The translations under genes and the position numbers were made by a program. Shown here piece after piece: positions 50,926 to 61,529 of a DNA stretch of 64,000 bases. Position 1 is the stretch's first letter; each line of letters begins with the position of its first letter. Source of the stretch: Blastocatellia bacterium (GTDB lineage Bacteria > Acidobacteriota > Blastocatellia > UBA7656); the NCBI GenBank assembly GCA_963765495.1, contig CAVXWP010000008.1, forward strand, positions 736,001 to 800,000, given 5' to 3'. A model generated the notes under the pieces. That model saw nothing but the letters and a program-made list of their open reading frames with translations. It was not told the origin of the DNA and made no database searches.

Positions 50926-51036
50926 CTTTGCGGCCTCTTTGCTTGCCCGTTTTTTAGCGATCATTCGCGCTCGAGTTTGCCTGCTGTTATTATCTAAGTA
51001 TGTGGATGCCAATCTCAAGAAAGAATAATAGGGAAA

Positions 51037-52692
51037 ATGATCGAAGACCTCTGGTACAAAAACATTGTCATCTACAGTCTGGACCTTGAAACATTCATGG
51101 ATTCGAACGGAGACGGGATCGGCGATTTCGAAGGTCTGATGCGCCGTCTCGATTACCTTCACTCACTTGGCGTGGGTGCCATCTGGCTTGCCCCCTTCCA
51201 ACCTACACCCAATCGAGACAACGGATATGACATCTCCGATTACTTTGGCGTAGACCCCTGTCATGGCTCTGCGGGCGACTTTGTAGAATTCATGCATCAG
51301 GCGCATAAACGCGGGATGAACGTAATCATTGACCTTGTAGTCAATCACACCTCTGATGAACATCCGTGGTTTCAGGAGGCGCGAGTTGATAAGGACTCAA
51401 AGTTCCGCGATTGGTATGTGTGGTCAAAAAAGAAACCGGCCGATTGGAATAAGGGCATGGTCTTCCCTGGAGTCCAGGACGCGACGTGGACCTATGACAA
51501 GAAAGCCCGCGAGTATTACTATCACCGCTTTTACGATTTCCAGCCCGATCTCAACATGGATAATCCCGAGGTCAGGACAGAAATCAGGCGAATCATGGGA
51601 TACTGGCTCGAACTTGGCGTATCCGGATTTCGCGTAGACGCGGTTCCATTTATGATCGAAAGTTTCCCGCCGGGCAAGACAAAGCCTAAATTGAAATTCG
51701 AGTACCTGACAGAGATGAGGGCTTTTTTACAGTGGAGACGCGGTGATGCCATTATGCTTGGAGAGGCTAACGTATTGCCGAAAGAGACAGCAAAATACTT
51801 CGGCGAATCGGGTGACGGCATTCACATGATGTTTAACTTTTACGTAAATCAGCATCTCTTTTATGCTCTCGCAACAGGCGATGTCCGACCGCTCATAAAA
51901 GCCTTAGAGGCCACAAAGGATATTCCACATTCGGCGCAGTGGGCGCAATTCCTGCGCAACCACGATGAACTCGACCTCGGTCGACTCACCGAAAAGCAAA
52001 GAGAGAAGGTCTTTGCGAGGTTTGGACCCGAGAAGAATATGCAGCTTTACAATCGCGGGATTCGCAGGCGGCTGGCCCCGATGCTCGGAACGCAGCGTCA
52101 TATCGAGCTTGCATACAGTGTGCTTTTCTCGCTTCCCGGCACACCGGTCATCCGCTATGGCGACGAGATAGGAATGGGCGATGATCTAAGCCTCAAGGAA
52201 CGCGATGCCGTGCGCACGCCTATGCAGTGGTCGAATGAGCCGCAGGCGGGGTTTTCGCTCTCGGAAAAGACCGTTCACCCTGTCATCAACAATGGACCGT
52301 ATAGTTGCGAAGAGGTAAATGTAGAGACGCAGAGGCGGGACCCGAATTCCCTTCTCAACTGGATGACCAGCATGATTCGATTGCGGAAAGAATGCCCCGA
52401 GATCGGGTGGGGAGACTGGACGATAATGGAGACCGGGTCAGAAAGCGTACTTGCAATCCGTTTTGACTGGAGAAGAAATTCGTTGATCGTGATCCACAAC
52501 TTCGACGAAAAACCTCATGAAGTGGTTATCAAGCCGGGCCGCGAAGGCGGTGAGAAACTGGTCAATCTATTGATCGAAGATCAGAGCGATGCGGAGAAGG
52601 ACGGCACGCACAGGATCAGCCTCGAAGGGTACGGATATCGCTGGTATCGCATCGGAGGACTGAATCACATCCTGCACAGAGAGAAGGCATAA
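51037..52692 (+). CDS. GH13 alpha-amylase family protein, TreS-like
   Basis: DSNGDGIGD, RDNGYD, DLVVNHTS, QPDLN, GFRVDA, FLRNHDEL, YGDEIGM. Confidence 0.88.
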   Translation: MIEDLWYKNIVIYSLDLETFMDSNGDGIGDFEGLMRRLDYLHSLGVGAIWLAPFQPTPNRDNGYDISDYFGVDPCHGSAGDFVEFMHQAHKRGMNVIIDLVVNHTSDEHPWFQEARVDKDSKFRDWYVWSKKKPADWNKGMVFPGVQDATWTYDKKAREYYYHRFYDFQPDLNMDNPEVRTEIRRIMGYWLELGVSGFRVDAVPFMIESFPPGKTKPKLKFEYLTEMRAFLQWRRGDAIMLGEANVLPKETAKYFGESGDGIHMMFNFYVNQHLFYALATGDVRPLIKALEATKDIPHSAQWAQFLRNHDELDLGRLTEKQREKVFARFGPEKNMQLYNRGIRRRLAPMLGTQRHIELAYSVLFSLPGTPVIRYGDEIGMGDDLSLKERDAVRTPMQWSNEPQAGFSLSEKTVHPVINNGPYSCEEVNVETQRRDPNSLLNWMTSMIRLRKECPEIGWGDWTIMETGSESVLAIRFDWRRNSLIVIHNFDEKPHEVVIKPGREGGEKLVNLLIEDQSDAEKDGTHRISLEGYGYRWYRIGGLNHILHREKA

Positions 52693-52740
52693 GTAGTAAT
52701 TTCGAGGCCAGGATTTCATCATTCGTGGTAGGATACCGAC

Positions 52741-53268
52741 ATGATCGAAAGAGGGGCTTGTATCATACGTTTTGGCGCTACGAAGGATGCATCTACGCTT
52801 GCTGAGATTGGCGCGCGCACTTTTTATGATACCTTTGCCGCCAATAATACGCCCGAAGATATGTCTGCCTATATCGCCGAATCGTTTGGTGAAGCTGTCC
52901 AATATCAAGAACTCTCGGACCCTGAAACAAGATTTTTGATTGCCGAAATTGATGGGGTCATGGCGGGATATGCAAAGCTGCAACTGGATGCTTATACATC
53001 GTGTTCAAATGGTCTAAACCAGGTTGAACTCGCCCGATTGTATGTAGTTCAGGGGTTGATCGGGAAGGGGGTAGGAGCAGCCTTGATGGAAAAATGCATC
53101 ACAGAAATGCCGCAAGCAGGGTTCGAGACAATGTGGCTTGGTGTATGGGAACAAAACATACGGGCAAAGCAGTTTTACGAAAAATGGGGATTTCGTGTAA
53201 TCGGAGAGCAGACATTTCAACTGGGAGCGGATTTGCAGAGGGACCTGGTTATGGAAAGAACTCTGTAA
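52741..53268 (+). CDS. GNAT acetyltransferase (PaiA-like)
   Basis: ELARLYV, GKGVG, MWLGVWEQN.RA..FYEKWGF. Confidence 0.9.
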   Translation: MIERGACIIRFGATKDASTLAEIGARTFYDTFAANNTPEDMSAYIAESFGEAVQYQELSDPETRFLIAEIDGVMAGYAKLQLDAYTSCSNGLNQVELARLYVVQGLIGKGVGAALMEKCITEMPQAGFETMWLGVWEQNIRAKQFYEKWGFRVIGEQTFQLGADLQRDLVMERTL

Positions 53269-53301
53269 GGATAACTTATCGGGAATCGGGAGTAAGCACG
53301 A

Positions 53302-53667
53302 ATGCCAAAGATTCTACAAAACCATTATGTCCTGGCCGTTCACGACCTGAAAGGATCAGCGCAATTTTTCCTCGATCTCGGTTTCGAGGTGACATCTGAG
53401 CCGCCCGGCTGGATATTCGTTAAAAAAGATAATTGCATGATAATGCTCGGTGAGTGCCGCGATGATGCGCCCCCAGGCGAGTTGGGGTCTCATAGTTATT
53501 TTGGCTATCTGCGCGTAGACGATGCAGACGCTTATTACAATGAGGTAAGGGCAAAAGGTATCAACATCCTGTCACCGATTGCGAACAAGCCCTGGGGTAT
53601 GCGTGAGTTTTCGCTGGCAACGCCCGAGGGACACAGGATCAATATCGGCCAATGGATCGGTGAATAA
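53302..53667 (+). CDS. VOC/glyoxalase family protein
   Basis: LAVHDL..SAQFF.DLGF, YLRVDDAD, KPWGMREF...PEGHR. Confidence 0.9.
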   Translation: MPKILQNHYVLAVHDLKGSAQFFLDLGFEVTSEPPGWIFVKKDNCMIMLGECRDDAPPGELGSHSYFGYLRVDDADAYYNEVRAKGINILSPIANKPWGMREFSLATPEGHRINIGQWIGE

Positions 53668-53793
53668 AATGACTTATGGTTAGCGTTTGGCTGGAAGCCT
53701 TGCAAGACCCTCATTCATCGCGAAATATGATTCCGGGTCTTTGATTCAGTTTGCCTGACTTTTACCTTGCGGATAACATTCACGTGAGGCTTT

Positions 53794-54324
53794 ATGGAAC
53801 CGATTCTCTTTTGCCCACAATGCGGCTCTCAAAATAATAGCGGCAAATTCTGTAGAAGGTGCGGTACAAATCTGGTCATTGTCTCAGAGGCTATCTCAAA
53901 ATCTCAGCCTGATCACCTGGCATCAACCTACGCAAGCGGCGGAAGCACTATTCGCGTCTTCAGCGGGGCGAATATTACGAATCGTGGTAAAGACCTCAAC
54001 GGCCATACTACGTTGGCGCTCTTCGGGGGGATAAAAATAGACCTCACCGCAGCGCCTTTGCCGGACGGGGAAATCGTGTTAAATGTAATTTCGATTTTCG
54101 GGGGGACTGAGATTGTAGTGCCGGAAGATGTGGGCCTGCAAATAACGGGTATTACAATTTGCGGAGGGTTTGAAATAAGTAAAGAGGACGCCTCGGGCGG
54201 CCTTTTTCACGAGAATGATTATTATGAACCCGATTATGAGCAGATGCCCCAGAGAATACACATAAAGGCGACGACATTGTTTGGAGGGTTCGAAGTAAAG
54301 AGAAAGCCCCCCAACAGGTGGTAG
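53794..54324 (+). CDS. Zinc-ribbon plus LiaF-like domain protein
   Basis: FCPQCG...KFCRRCG; LFGGIKIDL, IFGGTEIVVP, LFGGFEV. Confidence 0.75.
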   Translation: MEPILFCPQCGSQNNSGKFCRRCGTNLVIVSEAISKSQPDHLASTYASGGSTIRVFSGANITNRGKDLNGHTTLALFGGIKIDLTAAPLPDGEIVLNVISIFGGTEIVVPEDVGLQITGITICGGFEISKEDASGGLFHENDYYEPDYEQMPQRIHIKATTLFGGFEVKRKPPNRW

Positions 54325-54461
54325 CGATGATAATTTTTTTAGTTGTCGATACTTTGAATTGCTGACCAACCGTCTACATAAAGCGTGTAGTCAGAAAGAG
54401 GGTCAGCACAAAGACTGAAACCCTGGCACAGATGCATCTCTCCTGATCTTCATTTCATGAA

Positions 54462-56318
54462 TCATTTCTTTTCATCCGGGCTCAACTTGTTCTTGAGCCG
54501 GGTTATCTGCTCAGGGTTTTCAGTAATTGAGAGAGCTTTTTGCCAGGCCTGTTTGGCCTCCTCTTTTTTCCCTGTCCGATCGAGGATGTCGCCGCTATGC
54601 TCATACATAGTAGGGGACTTGCCTCCAACTTTCATAGCTTGATTTATATACTTTTCGGCTTCTGCGAGTTTACCCAGCTTGAAGTATACCCACCCAAGGC
54701 TGTCGAGAAATGACGGATTTTCAGGTTCGGCGTCAACGGCTTTTCTTATCATAACCAGCGCCTCATCCAGCTTCTCATTTCTCTCTACCATAATGTAGCC
54801 CAGATTGTTTAGCCCCCAGGGGTTATCAGGCTCAACCCGCAACACTTCCCGGTATTGCGTCTCAGCCTCAGCCGTCTTCCCGATATGCGAAAGATAAGAG
54901 CCCAGCCCGAGTCTCAATCTGGCATCCTCAGGCGCAAGCTTCACAGCTTTTCTTATCAGAGCCTCTGCATCCTGCTCCTTCTTCTGAAGTATCAGCACAC
55001 CGGCCAGACCCATGTATACCCCGGGTATGTCGGACCTTAGCTTTAGCGATTGCCTGTATGCCGCCTCAGCTTCCGCGAACTGAGCCATATGGGCATAGAC
55101 ATCTCCAAGATTGGCAAATGCATATGAGTTCTCAGGGTCGAGTTTGATCGCTTTCTTTATGGTAACAACTGCCTCGTCGTAACGAGCCAGATCGTGATAA
55201 ATCGAGGCCAGACGCACAAAACCATCTGAATAATCGGGCTTTAACTTAACGGCTTCTTCCATCGCTTCACGAGCTTCATCATAACGATGCAGCCGCAAAT
55301 AACTCATCCCCAGTTCACTGTATACCTTGTGCCTTTGCCAATATTTCGCGTCTGCTTCAAGCGCCTGATTGTATGCATAGATCGCATCCTCAAATTTTTG
55401 TTGCAGCAAATAAACCCACCCGAGGTTGTGATATGCGATGGCTGATTTGGGATCGATCCTGGTTGATTCAAGCAGAGCGGCGATGGCGTCTTCGTATCGT
55501 TTTAACTGTATTAGACTCCATCCAAGCGTATTGTAGTAGGCTGAGTTATCCGGGTGGAGTTCGATCAACCGCGTGAGTATTTCAACCTCTTCGGCGTATC
55601 GCTTACGTTTACTCAGCGCCGTTGACAGTAGATCGAGGATTTCCGTGGAATCGGGGAGTACAATAATCGCCTGATTGTAGGTCTCTATCTCATCGTCCAC
55701 GCGACCGGATTCGCTATAAAGGGCTCCCAGATTTATATATGCCTGCTGATAATCGGGCTTTATCTGAATGGCTACCTTATACTCTTTTATCGCCTCCTCA
55801 TACTCATCCTCTTCCTCATAAGCCCGAGCGAGCCAGTTATGCGCCTCCGGGGAGTATGGATTGGAAAGGGCGGCTTCCTTCGCCTTCTCTAAATCGTCTT
55901 TCCCGCTGTTGTAATTCTCTTTCAGGTCAAAAGAAATAACTATATTCCCAACAACCCTGACGGCCTTTCCATCGACAAGCTGCGGTCTGAACTTCCATTC
56001 GCGCGCTGCTTTGACGGCGGCCTCTTTTAGCAGCGGGTGCCCCCTTTGCGCAATCGCCTTTGTAACGTTTCCTTCCTTATCAAGAGTCACCTCAACCCAA
56101 ATTTCTCCTTCAACCCCGGCGGCGGCGGCGAGAGGCGGATACACAGGATCAACTTTCGTTATGACAAAAGCCTGTAGTCCGATGCCAACTTTAACTGTCT
56201 GATCAGCCTCCTGGACAGGGTTCGATTTTTGATAACTCTTTGCCTGCACATTCGCAAACAGACACAGGGCGATTACAAGTATTAGAAATAGTCTCGGGCG
56301 CATGACCGGGTTCTGCAT
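54462..56318 (-). CDS. Exported TonB C-terminal domain plus TPR protein
   Basis: Signal peptide; PVYPPLA...VEG, AAREWKFRP..DGK; many TPRs, ending NNLGY..LDSLGW..HSGD. Confidence 0.88.
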   Translation of the reverse strand: MQNPVMRPRLFLILVIALCLFANVQAKSYQKSNPVQEADQTVKVGIGLQAFVITKVDPVYPPLAAAAGVEGEIWVEVTLDKEGNVTKAIAQRGHPLLKEAAVKAAREWKFRPQLVDGKAVRVVGNIVISFDLKENYNSGKDDLEKAKEAALSNPYSPEAHNWLARAYEEEDEYEEAIKEYKVAIQIKPDYQQAYINLGALYSESGRVDDEIETYNQAIIVLPDSTEILDLLSTALSKRKRYAEEVEILTRLIELHPDNSAYYNTLGWSLIQLKRYEDAIAALLESTRIDPKSAIAYHNLGWVYLLQQKFEDAIYAYNQALEADAKYWQRHKVYSELGMSYLRLHRYDEAREAMEEAVKLKPDYSDGFVRLASIYHDLARYDEAVVTIKKAIKLDPENSYAFANLGDVYAHMAQFAEAEAAYRQSLKLRSDIPGVYMGLAGVLILQKKEQDAEALIRKAVKLAPEDARLRLGLGSYLSHIGKTAEAETQYREVLRVEPDNPWGLNNLGYIMVERNEKLDEALVMIRKAVDAEPENPSFLDSLGWVYFKLGKLAEAEKYINQAMKVGGKSPTMYEHSGDILDRTGKKEEAKQAWQKALSITENPEQITRLKNKLSPDEKK

Positions 56319-56492
56319 CTTTCCTCCTGTAGTTTTGTTGATCGCGGGACGAAGGTAAATCCTACAATAGAACCCGATCAGATGCAAATTTGACTGTAAA
56401 ATCCTTTTGTTTTCATGGCGCGACTTGACATTACAGGTTGAGCGCGATATTCAAGGAATGCTCGTCGAAATCATACGAATGCGGTTTAAGAT

Positions 56493-57548
56493 ATGCGAAC
56501 AAAATTAAAGTCTACCGTTGTGCTCGTTTCGGTTGTGCTGTTCTTATTTGCTTACCTCAACCTCTCTGCCACGATTACGAAAGATGCCCGCGCCGGACAT
56601 CTTCAAGCAAAAGAGCCAGGTGGTCAGGCAGCCACGCAGTCAAAAAAGCTCGACCCTGCCGCCTGGGGAAGCAATCATGCAGGCAAACCTGTGCCCGAAT
56701 ACATCCACGGAGATGAATGCCTCTTCTGCCATCGTAACGACATAGGCCCCGGCTGGCAGAAGAACGCCCACGGCATAACAGTGCGCCAGCGTGAGGATGC
56801 GCCGGAGCTTATGGCTTTACTGAAGACACAACCCGGTCTGGCGAGTCTTGCCCCCCAAATCGAGTATTTCATGGGAAGCAGGCATCGCGTTAGATTTCTA
56901 AAGAAAGAGGGCTACGGCAAGTTCGCGATCCTCAACACACAGGCAGAGCCTGCCACAGACGGGCAAGCTCCGAAATGGATTGATTTGAAAGACCCCTCCT
57001 GGGACAAGGATCGTTTTGCCAATCGTTGCGCGGGCTGTCATACGACTGGCATCGACGCGGAAACAAAAGCATTCTCGGCCTTCGGGATAGACTGCTATGC
57101 CTGTCACGGAGTCGTAGACCTGAATCATTCGGCCGACACGTCGCTCATCTTCCTCTCGAAGAAGCGACGCAAGGATGAGCTTGCCATAACCTCAACCTGC
57201 GCTCAGTGCCATATTCGCATAGGGAAGTCACGATCAACAGGCTTGCCTTATCCAAATAATTTTGTTGCCGGTGACAACCTCTTTCAAGATTTCGAGGTGG
57301 ATTTTTCGAGGGCCGATGATGAGACACTCAATCCCGGAGACCGGCATATCCTGCAAAATGTGCGGGACATAGTGGTGAACGGGTCGGAGTTTCCTACCTG
57401 TATCACCTGCCACGATCTTCACAAGCAGACAAGCTTCAAGCACCGCCGAGCGCCACGAACGGCAATCTGCGCGGATTGTCACGAAGCCGAAGGGACTATA
57501 AAAGGCAGCAAACCCTTCACGGTTCACAGCGGGTTGTGCGAATACTGA
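56493..57548 (+). CDS. Exported multiheme cytochrome c (6 CxxCH)
   Basis: CLFCH, CAGCH, CYACH, CAQCH, CITCH, CADCH; N-terminal signal/TM. Confidence 0.9.
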   Translation: MRTKLKSTVVLVSVVLFLFAYLNLSATITKDARAGHLQAKEPGGQAATQSKKLDPAAWGSNHAGKPVPEYIHGDECLFCHRNDIGPGWQKNAHGITVRQREDAPELMALLKTQPGLASLAPQIEYFMGSRHRVRFLKKEGYGKFAILNTQAEPATDGQAPKWIDLKDPSWDKDRFANRCAGCHTTGIDAETKAFSAFGIDCYACHGVVDLNHSADTSLIFLSKKRRKDELAITSTCAQCHIRIGKSRSTGLPYPNNFVAGDNLFQDFEVDFSRADDETLNPGDRHILQNVRDIVVNGSEFPTCITCHDLHKQTSFKHRRAPRTAICADCHEAEGTIKGSKPFTVHSGLCEY

Positions 57549-57551
57549 GAG

Positions 57552-57646
57552 GTGATGTGTGATACGTGATGCGTGATTCGTGAACTATAAGCAGTTTTAC
57601 TTCTAACAGGGTATGTCACGCATCACGCATCACGCATCACGCATCA
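57552..57646. repeat. Inverted pair of heptamer arrays (GTGATRC)n / (TCACGCA)4
   Basis: Arrays at 57552-57583 and 57616-57646 between convergent genes; the second contains the stop of the minus-strand ORF. Confidence 0.9.
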
Positions 57647-57933
57647 GCACCAATACCTGTCGAACGGGCGCGATTACGATACTCTATCGCCTGCCCTATG
57701 ACCCTTCGATATTCTGTGACATCGACATCCCGCTCACAGCAAAGCAACATGAGATTGCCGTCGTCGCGGAAGTTTCCGTCCCACTCGATGACCTGCTCAT
57801 CGCTCCAATCCGGGGTATAGCCCCGCATCTTTTCGTCGGGCATGCGGTCGAAATAGGCGCGCAGATTTATCCCGGTCTCATCCAGCGGTTCGTCAGTAGG
57901 CTCCTGCTCAAAATTCCAGATAGGTTGTTCCAT
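57637..57933 (-). CDS. Small acidic hypothetical protein (98 aa)
   Basis: AAGGGA then [12 protein letters not shown]...LLCCERDVD...; co-oriented downstream of the amidohydrolase. Confidence 0.7.
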   Translation of the reverse strand: MEQPIWNFEQEPTDEPLDETGINLRAYFDRMPDEKMRGYTPDWSDEQVIEWDGNFRDDGNLMLLCCERDVDVTEYRRVIGQAIEYRNRARSTGIGADA

Positions 57934-58037
57934 ATCCCTTTTACTCTTTGACTGGCCGACAAAACCATGGGTCGAGTCACTGCAAAGGGGCTGGCAAGAT
58001 CGAACGATCTCGCCAGCCCTGAACTCGAATTCCTCGA

Positions 58038-59549
58038 TTAATCGTCGGCTCTTACCCACCCATAGGCAGCGTTGCTTCTCTGGCCGCCCCTCTCAAGATA
58101 AGCGGTCTTCAGTCTTTCCAGCGTGTCTGCCGGAAATGCCTTGCGCTTCTCTTTCACGTTTACTTTGTAGATTCGCGCCGCATTCAAACCGAATATCTTT
58201 GCTTTATCTTCCTTTGTCAGCTTTTTGTAGCCAAACTTCTCGCACAACTCATCGCTGATCTGGAAGCGCTTAAATGCGTCGATTGCCCACTGAGGCGAGC
58301 CCCACCACAGACAGTCCGTCCCCCAGACAACGTGATCCGCGCCGTAATTTTTTATGTTCTTGCCTATGCCGTGCATGGCCATCACAGGGTCGGCGACCAC
58401 AAGGACGTTAAAGAAGCTGCCTATCTCGCAATATACGTTGTTCATCTTCGGGTTTCGCTTCTTTATGTCCATAAGGATAGAGTGCCATTCGAAATCACCC
58501 GTAGTCGGATCGTACTTGTCGCTCTCTTTCCAATCCGGCTCGTTCGGGCCGTGCTGTATCGCCGAATGATAAACGACAAAGGTAAAATCCGGGTTTCGGA
58601 GCGCGGCCTTTTCAACATCCTTCGGGTTTGCCAGGTGGCCGAGTGTTCGTGACTGGTATGAGTATCCCTTGTGCACGCTTATGGTCTTCATACCGCGCTT
58701 GCGCGATTCTTCGATAAACCACTGCGCGTTGTCATCATCCATCTGGAATCCGTTCCCCGACCTCCCGGGATCGGTGTGGCAATACCATTTCCAGGAATCG
58801 ATCTTGTAGAGATTCAACTCTCGCTCCATCTGTTCGATTGTAGCCGCCTTGTTCATCGAGTTGGTCGCCTTGTCCCAGTAATGATTCGGCGCGAGATTGC
58901 CCTGACAAAGCACGCGATGCGAACCGGACAGGTCATTCAATTCCTTCTTCTTTTCCGCCATAAGCCAGCTTGGCAGGATTCCCCCGTATGGCGTGCGCGC
59001 TTTGCCTTCGAGCACTTTACCGTCCTGGTCCTTCTGGAGTTCCATACCGGGCACGCCTGATATGACCAGCATCTCGGTTTCACTGTCAAAGAACATCTCT
59101 TTTACGAAATTACGAAAGCTATAGGATTCAACATCGTTCTTGAGGTTAAATCCCATGTTCTTGACAAATTCCATGTCCCTGAAAGGCAGCGCGATTCCGT
59201 TTGTGAAATGTGACTGCACGTCGAGGACGAAGTACTCGCCTTTTGGGAATTTTTCTTCGATTGCGGCCAGTTCAAAGGTTTCTGCCTCATCAACATCCCA
59301 AACCTTGCCAAATACCTTATTCTGAGCCAGAAAGCATGTCGCAAGCCCCATGGCACTTGCCATAAAGGTACGCCGGTCCATGCCGAGTTTCTTCGAGCGA
59401 TGATCGGCCATCTCGCCTATCAGGTTTTCGACCTTCTTCTGTTGGAGGTTCTGCGGGCGCGGAGTGAACTCTTCATTTGAGACCACCTGAGTCGGCATCG
59501 GCGAATCAACGCCTTTTCTAATATCTCGAAGCGCTTTTCGAATCCACAT
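58038..59549 (-). CDS. Amidohydrolase-family (TIM-barrel) protein with internal Tat-like motif
   Basis: [47 protein letters not shown]; start MWIRK. Confidence 0.88.
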   Translation of the reverse strand: MWIRKALRDIRKGVDSPMPTQVVSNEEFTPRPQNLQQKKVENLIGEMADHRSKKLGMDRRTFMASAMGLATCFLAQNKVFGKVWDVDEAETFELAAIEEKFPKGEYFVLDVQSHFTNGIALPFRDMEFVKNMGFNLKNDVESYSFRNFVKEMFFDSETEMLVISGVPGMELQKDQDGKVLEGKARTPYGGILPSWLMAEKKKELNDLSGSHRVLCQGNLAPNHYWDKATNSMNKAATIEQMERELNLYKIDSWKWYCHTDPGRSGNGFQMDDDNAQWFIEESRKRGMKTISVHKGYSYQSRTLGHLANPKDVEKAALRNPDFTFVVYHSAIQHGPNEPDWKESDKYDPTTGDFEWHSILMDIKKRNPKMNNVYCEIGSFFNVLVVADPVMAMHGIGKNIKNYGADHVVWGTDCLWWGSPQWAIDAFKRFQISDELCEKFGYKKLTKEDKAKIFGLNAARIYKVNVKEKRKAFPADTLERLKTAYLERGGQRSNAAYGWVRADD

Positions 59550-59765
59550 ATAACTCTTTCCTTTCAAAAGATAAAAATACCGGGCGTCATCTGCAAACCA
59601 GCCAACAGGCCATTCCGAGGCCCGGCAGCCTGTCTACTTAACTGACAGGCTAAATGTTCGGGTCCGAACTCCACTATTCATTTGCAGATTTGTTGAGCAG
59701 TTTATACCATCACCGGGCAATTTGCACGTGGAGATTGGCAGCAATCAGGAGTCTGCCGCCGCCAT

Positions 59766-61418
59766 TCAAGAGAGGATTATGTCTTCCCTTACCCGACCGA
59801 CAAGGTTCGCAACCGCATCAATCAGGGACCGCATTTCTACAGGCTTCGACAGGTAATCCTGATAGCCGGAGGAGAGCAGCCGCAAACGATCCTCGGGTCT
59901 CGCATACCCTGTAAGCGCGATTGCGGGAATATTCCCTCCTCGGTCCGGCTCGCGCGCCCTGACCCGATCTATTAGAGAATAGCCATCCTCGTAAGGCATC
60001 CCTATATCGGATACAAGGATTTCGGGAACCCACTGGTCAAATATTTTTAGCGCCTCGTCCGTCGATCCTGACACTCTGACTTCCGCGCCGTGTTGCGCCA
60101 GTATCGCCTCGAGCATTTCGCGAGCATCCTGCTCGTCGTCAATGATCAGCACGCGAACTCCTCTCAAGACCGATTCAGGAGCCAGCGTCGTTTTGTTCTT
60201 CCCGGATGAATGAACGTCCTGCTCAGGGCTCAACACCGACTCACTCGTTTGAGGCGCAGGAGCGTCGGTGGCAATCGAGGGAATCAGGGGCAATCTTACG
60301 ATAAAGGTTGCGCCATGCCCCTCTCCCGGGCTCGCAGCGTGAACCGTTCCGCCGTGAATTTCGACCAGATGCCGTACGATTGCCAGCCCCAGGCCAAGCC
60401 CGCTGTGCTGGCGAGTGCTTGTGCTGTCGGCCTGACGAAACCGATCAAATACAAAAGGGAGAAACTCCGCGCTGATTCCGCTGCCGGTATCACTGACCGC
60501 TATCTCGACCATCGAATCAACCCGCGAGAGTCGGACCCGGACAGTCCCATCTTTAGGCGTGAATTTTATGGCATTTGAAACCAGGTTCCATACGATCTGT
60601 TGCAGGCGGTTTGGGTCGCCCGAGACCAGACATGTATCGGGATCAAGCGATGATTCCAGTCGAATGGACCTGGCCTCGGCGGCAAGCCGCATGGCATCGA
60701 GCGCCGATTCTATTACGGGCACCAGATTGACCGGCACAACCGTCACGTTGAGCTTCCCGGAAATGATGCGGGATACATCCAGTATATCTTCTATTATCTT
60801 CGTCTGAACTTTCACATTGCGGTCAATAATCTCAAGCCCATGCGCGTAGGACTCGGGGTTGAGCTTCTTTGAACGCATGATCTGCACCCATCCGGCGATG
60901 GCGTTTAGAGGCGTTCGTAATTCGTGAGAGACTGTTGCGAGAAACTCATCCTTGCTGCGGTTTGCAGCCTCGGCCTCCTTGCGGGCGGCCTTTTCACGTC
61001 CGAGTAACCTGACAAGCTGTTCTTCACGTGCGATTCGCTCGGTTACGTCGTCAATGATCGTGATCGTGCCTACAATGTTCTCATGTTCTATCAACGGAGC
61101 GATGCGGGCGCTTTGCTGCATAAAACGGAACGATGTCTCATCAATCTGGGGCTTCATCGGCAGCAAATAACGGTGGAGGCGATGTGAGAGCAGCCTTATC
61201 TGACCGGCAAGCGCGTCTCTATAGTATTGGTCCAAACCGCGCTCTACAAGTTCAGGAAACTCTTGAAGAAGGTTGCGACCGATCAGATTGGACGCAGTAT
61301 GACCGCTGCGGATTTCCAGCCAGTGATTCCATCCGCATATGGTCAACTCGGCATCGGTCATGAAAATGCCCTGCGCCGAAAGCTCGTTCATCCAGCGCAG
61401 CGCAGCTTCGTTTAACAT
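59766..61418 (-). CDS. PAS hybrid histidine kinase/receiver
   Basis: PAS; FLATVSHELRTPL H-box; NLVSNAIKF, DTGSGI, GLGLGL; receiver SDIGMP; start MLNE after GGAGG. Confidence 0.93.
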   Translation of the reverse strand: MLNEAALRWMNELSAQGIFMTDAELTICGWNHWLEIRSGHTASNLIGRNLLQEFPELVERGLDQYYRDALAGQIRLLSHRLHRYLLPMKPQIDETSFRFMQQSARIAPLIEHENIVGTITIIDDVTERIAREEQLVRLLGREKAARKEAEAANRSKDEFLATVSHELRTPLNAIAGWVQIMRSKKLNPESYAHGLEIIDRNVKVQTKIIEDILDVSRIISGKLNVTVVPVNLVPVIESALDAMRLAAEARSIRLESSLDPDTCLVSGDPNRLQQIVWNLVSNAIKFTPKDGTVRVRLSRVDSMVEIAVSDTGSGISAEFLPFVFDRFRQADSTSTRQHSGLGLGLAIVRHLVEIHGGTVHAASPGEGHGATFIVRLPLIPSIATDAPAPQTSESVLSPEQDVHSSGKNKTTLAPESVLRGVRVLIIDDEQDAREMLEAILAQHGAEVRVSGSTDEALKIFDQWVPEILVSDIGMPYEDGYSLIDRVRAREPDRGGNIPAIALTGYARPEDRLRLLSSGYQDYLSKPVEMRSLIDAVANLVGRVREDIILS

Positions 61419-61529
61419 TTCCCTCCCTCCGACTAACACAATCCTTCTATCATAATCTCTCAGGATTTCCTCAAGATCATTTATATCCACTCAAGGTAAA
61501 AATGGCGTTTGATGAACTCCGCATACGGT

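Noticed and set aside
51037-52692. Calling this gene treS
   Set aside because: It has NHDELDL rather than the typical NHDELTLE, and no maltokinase, glgE or glgB context; left as TreS-like.
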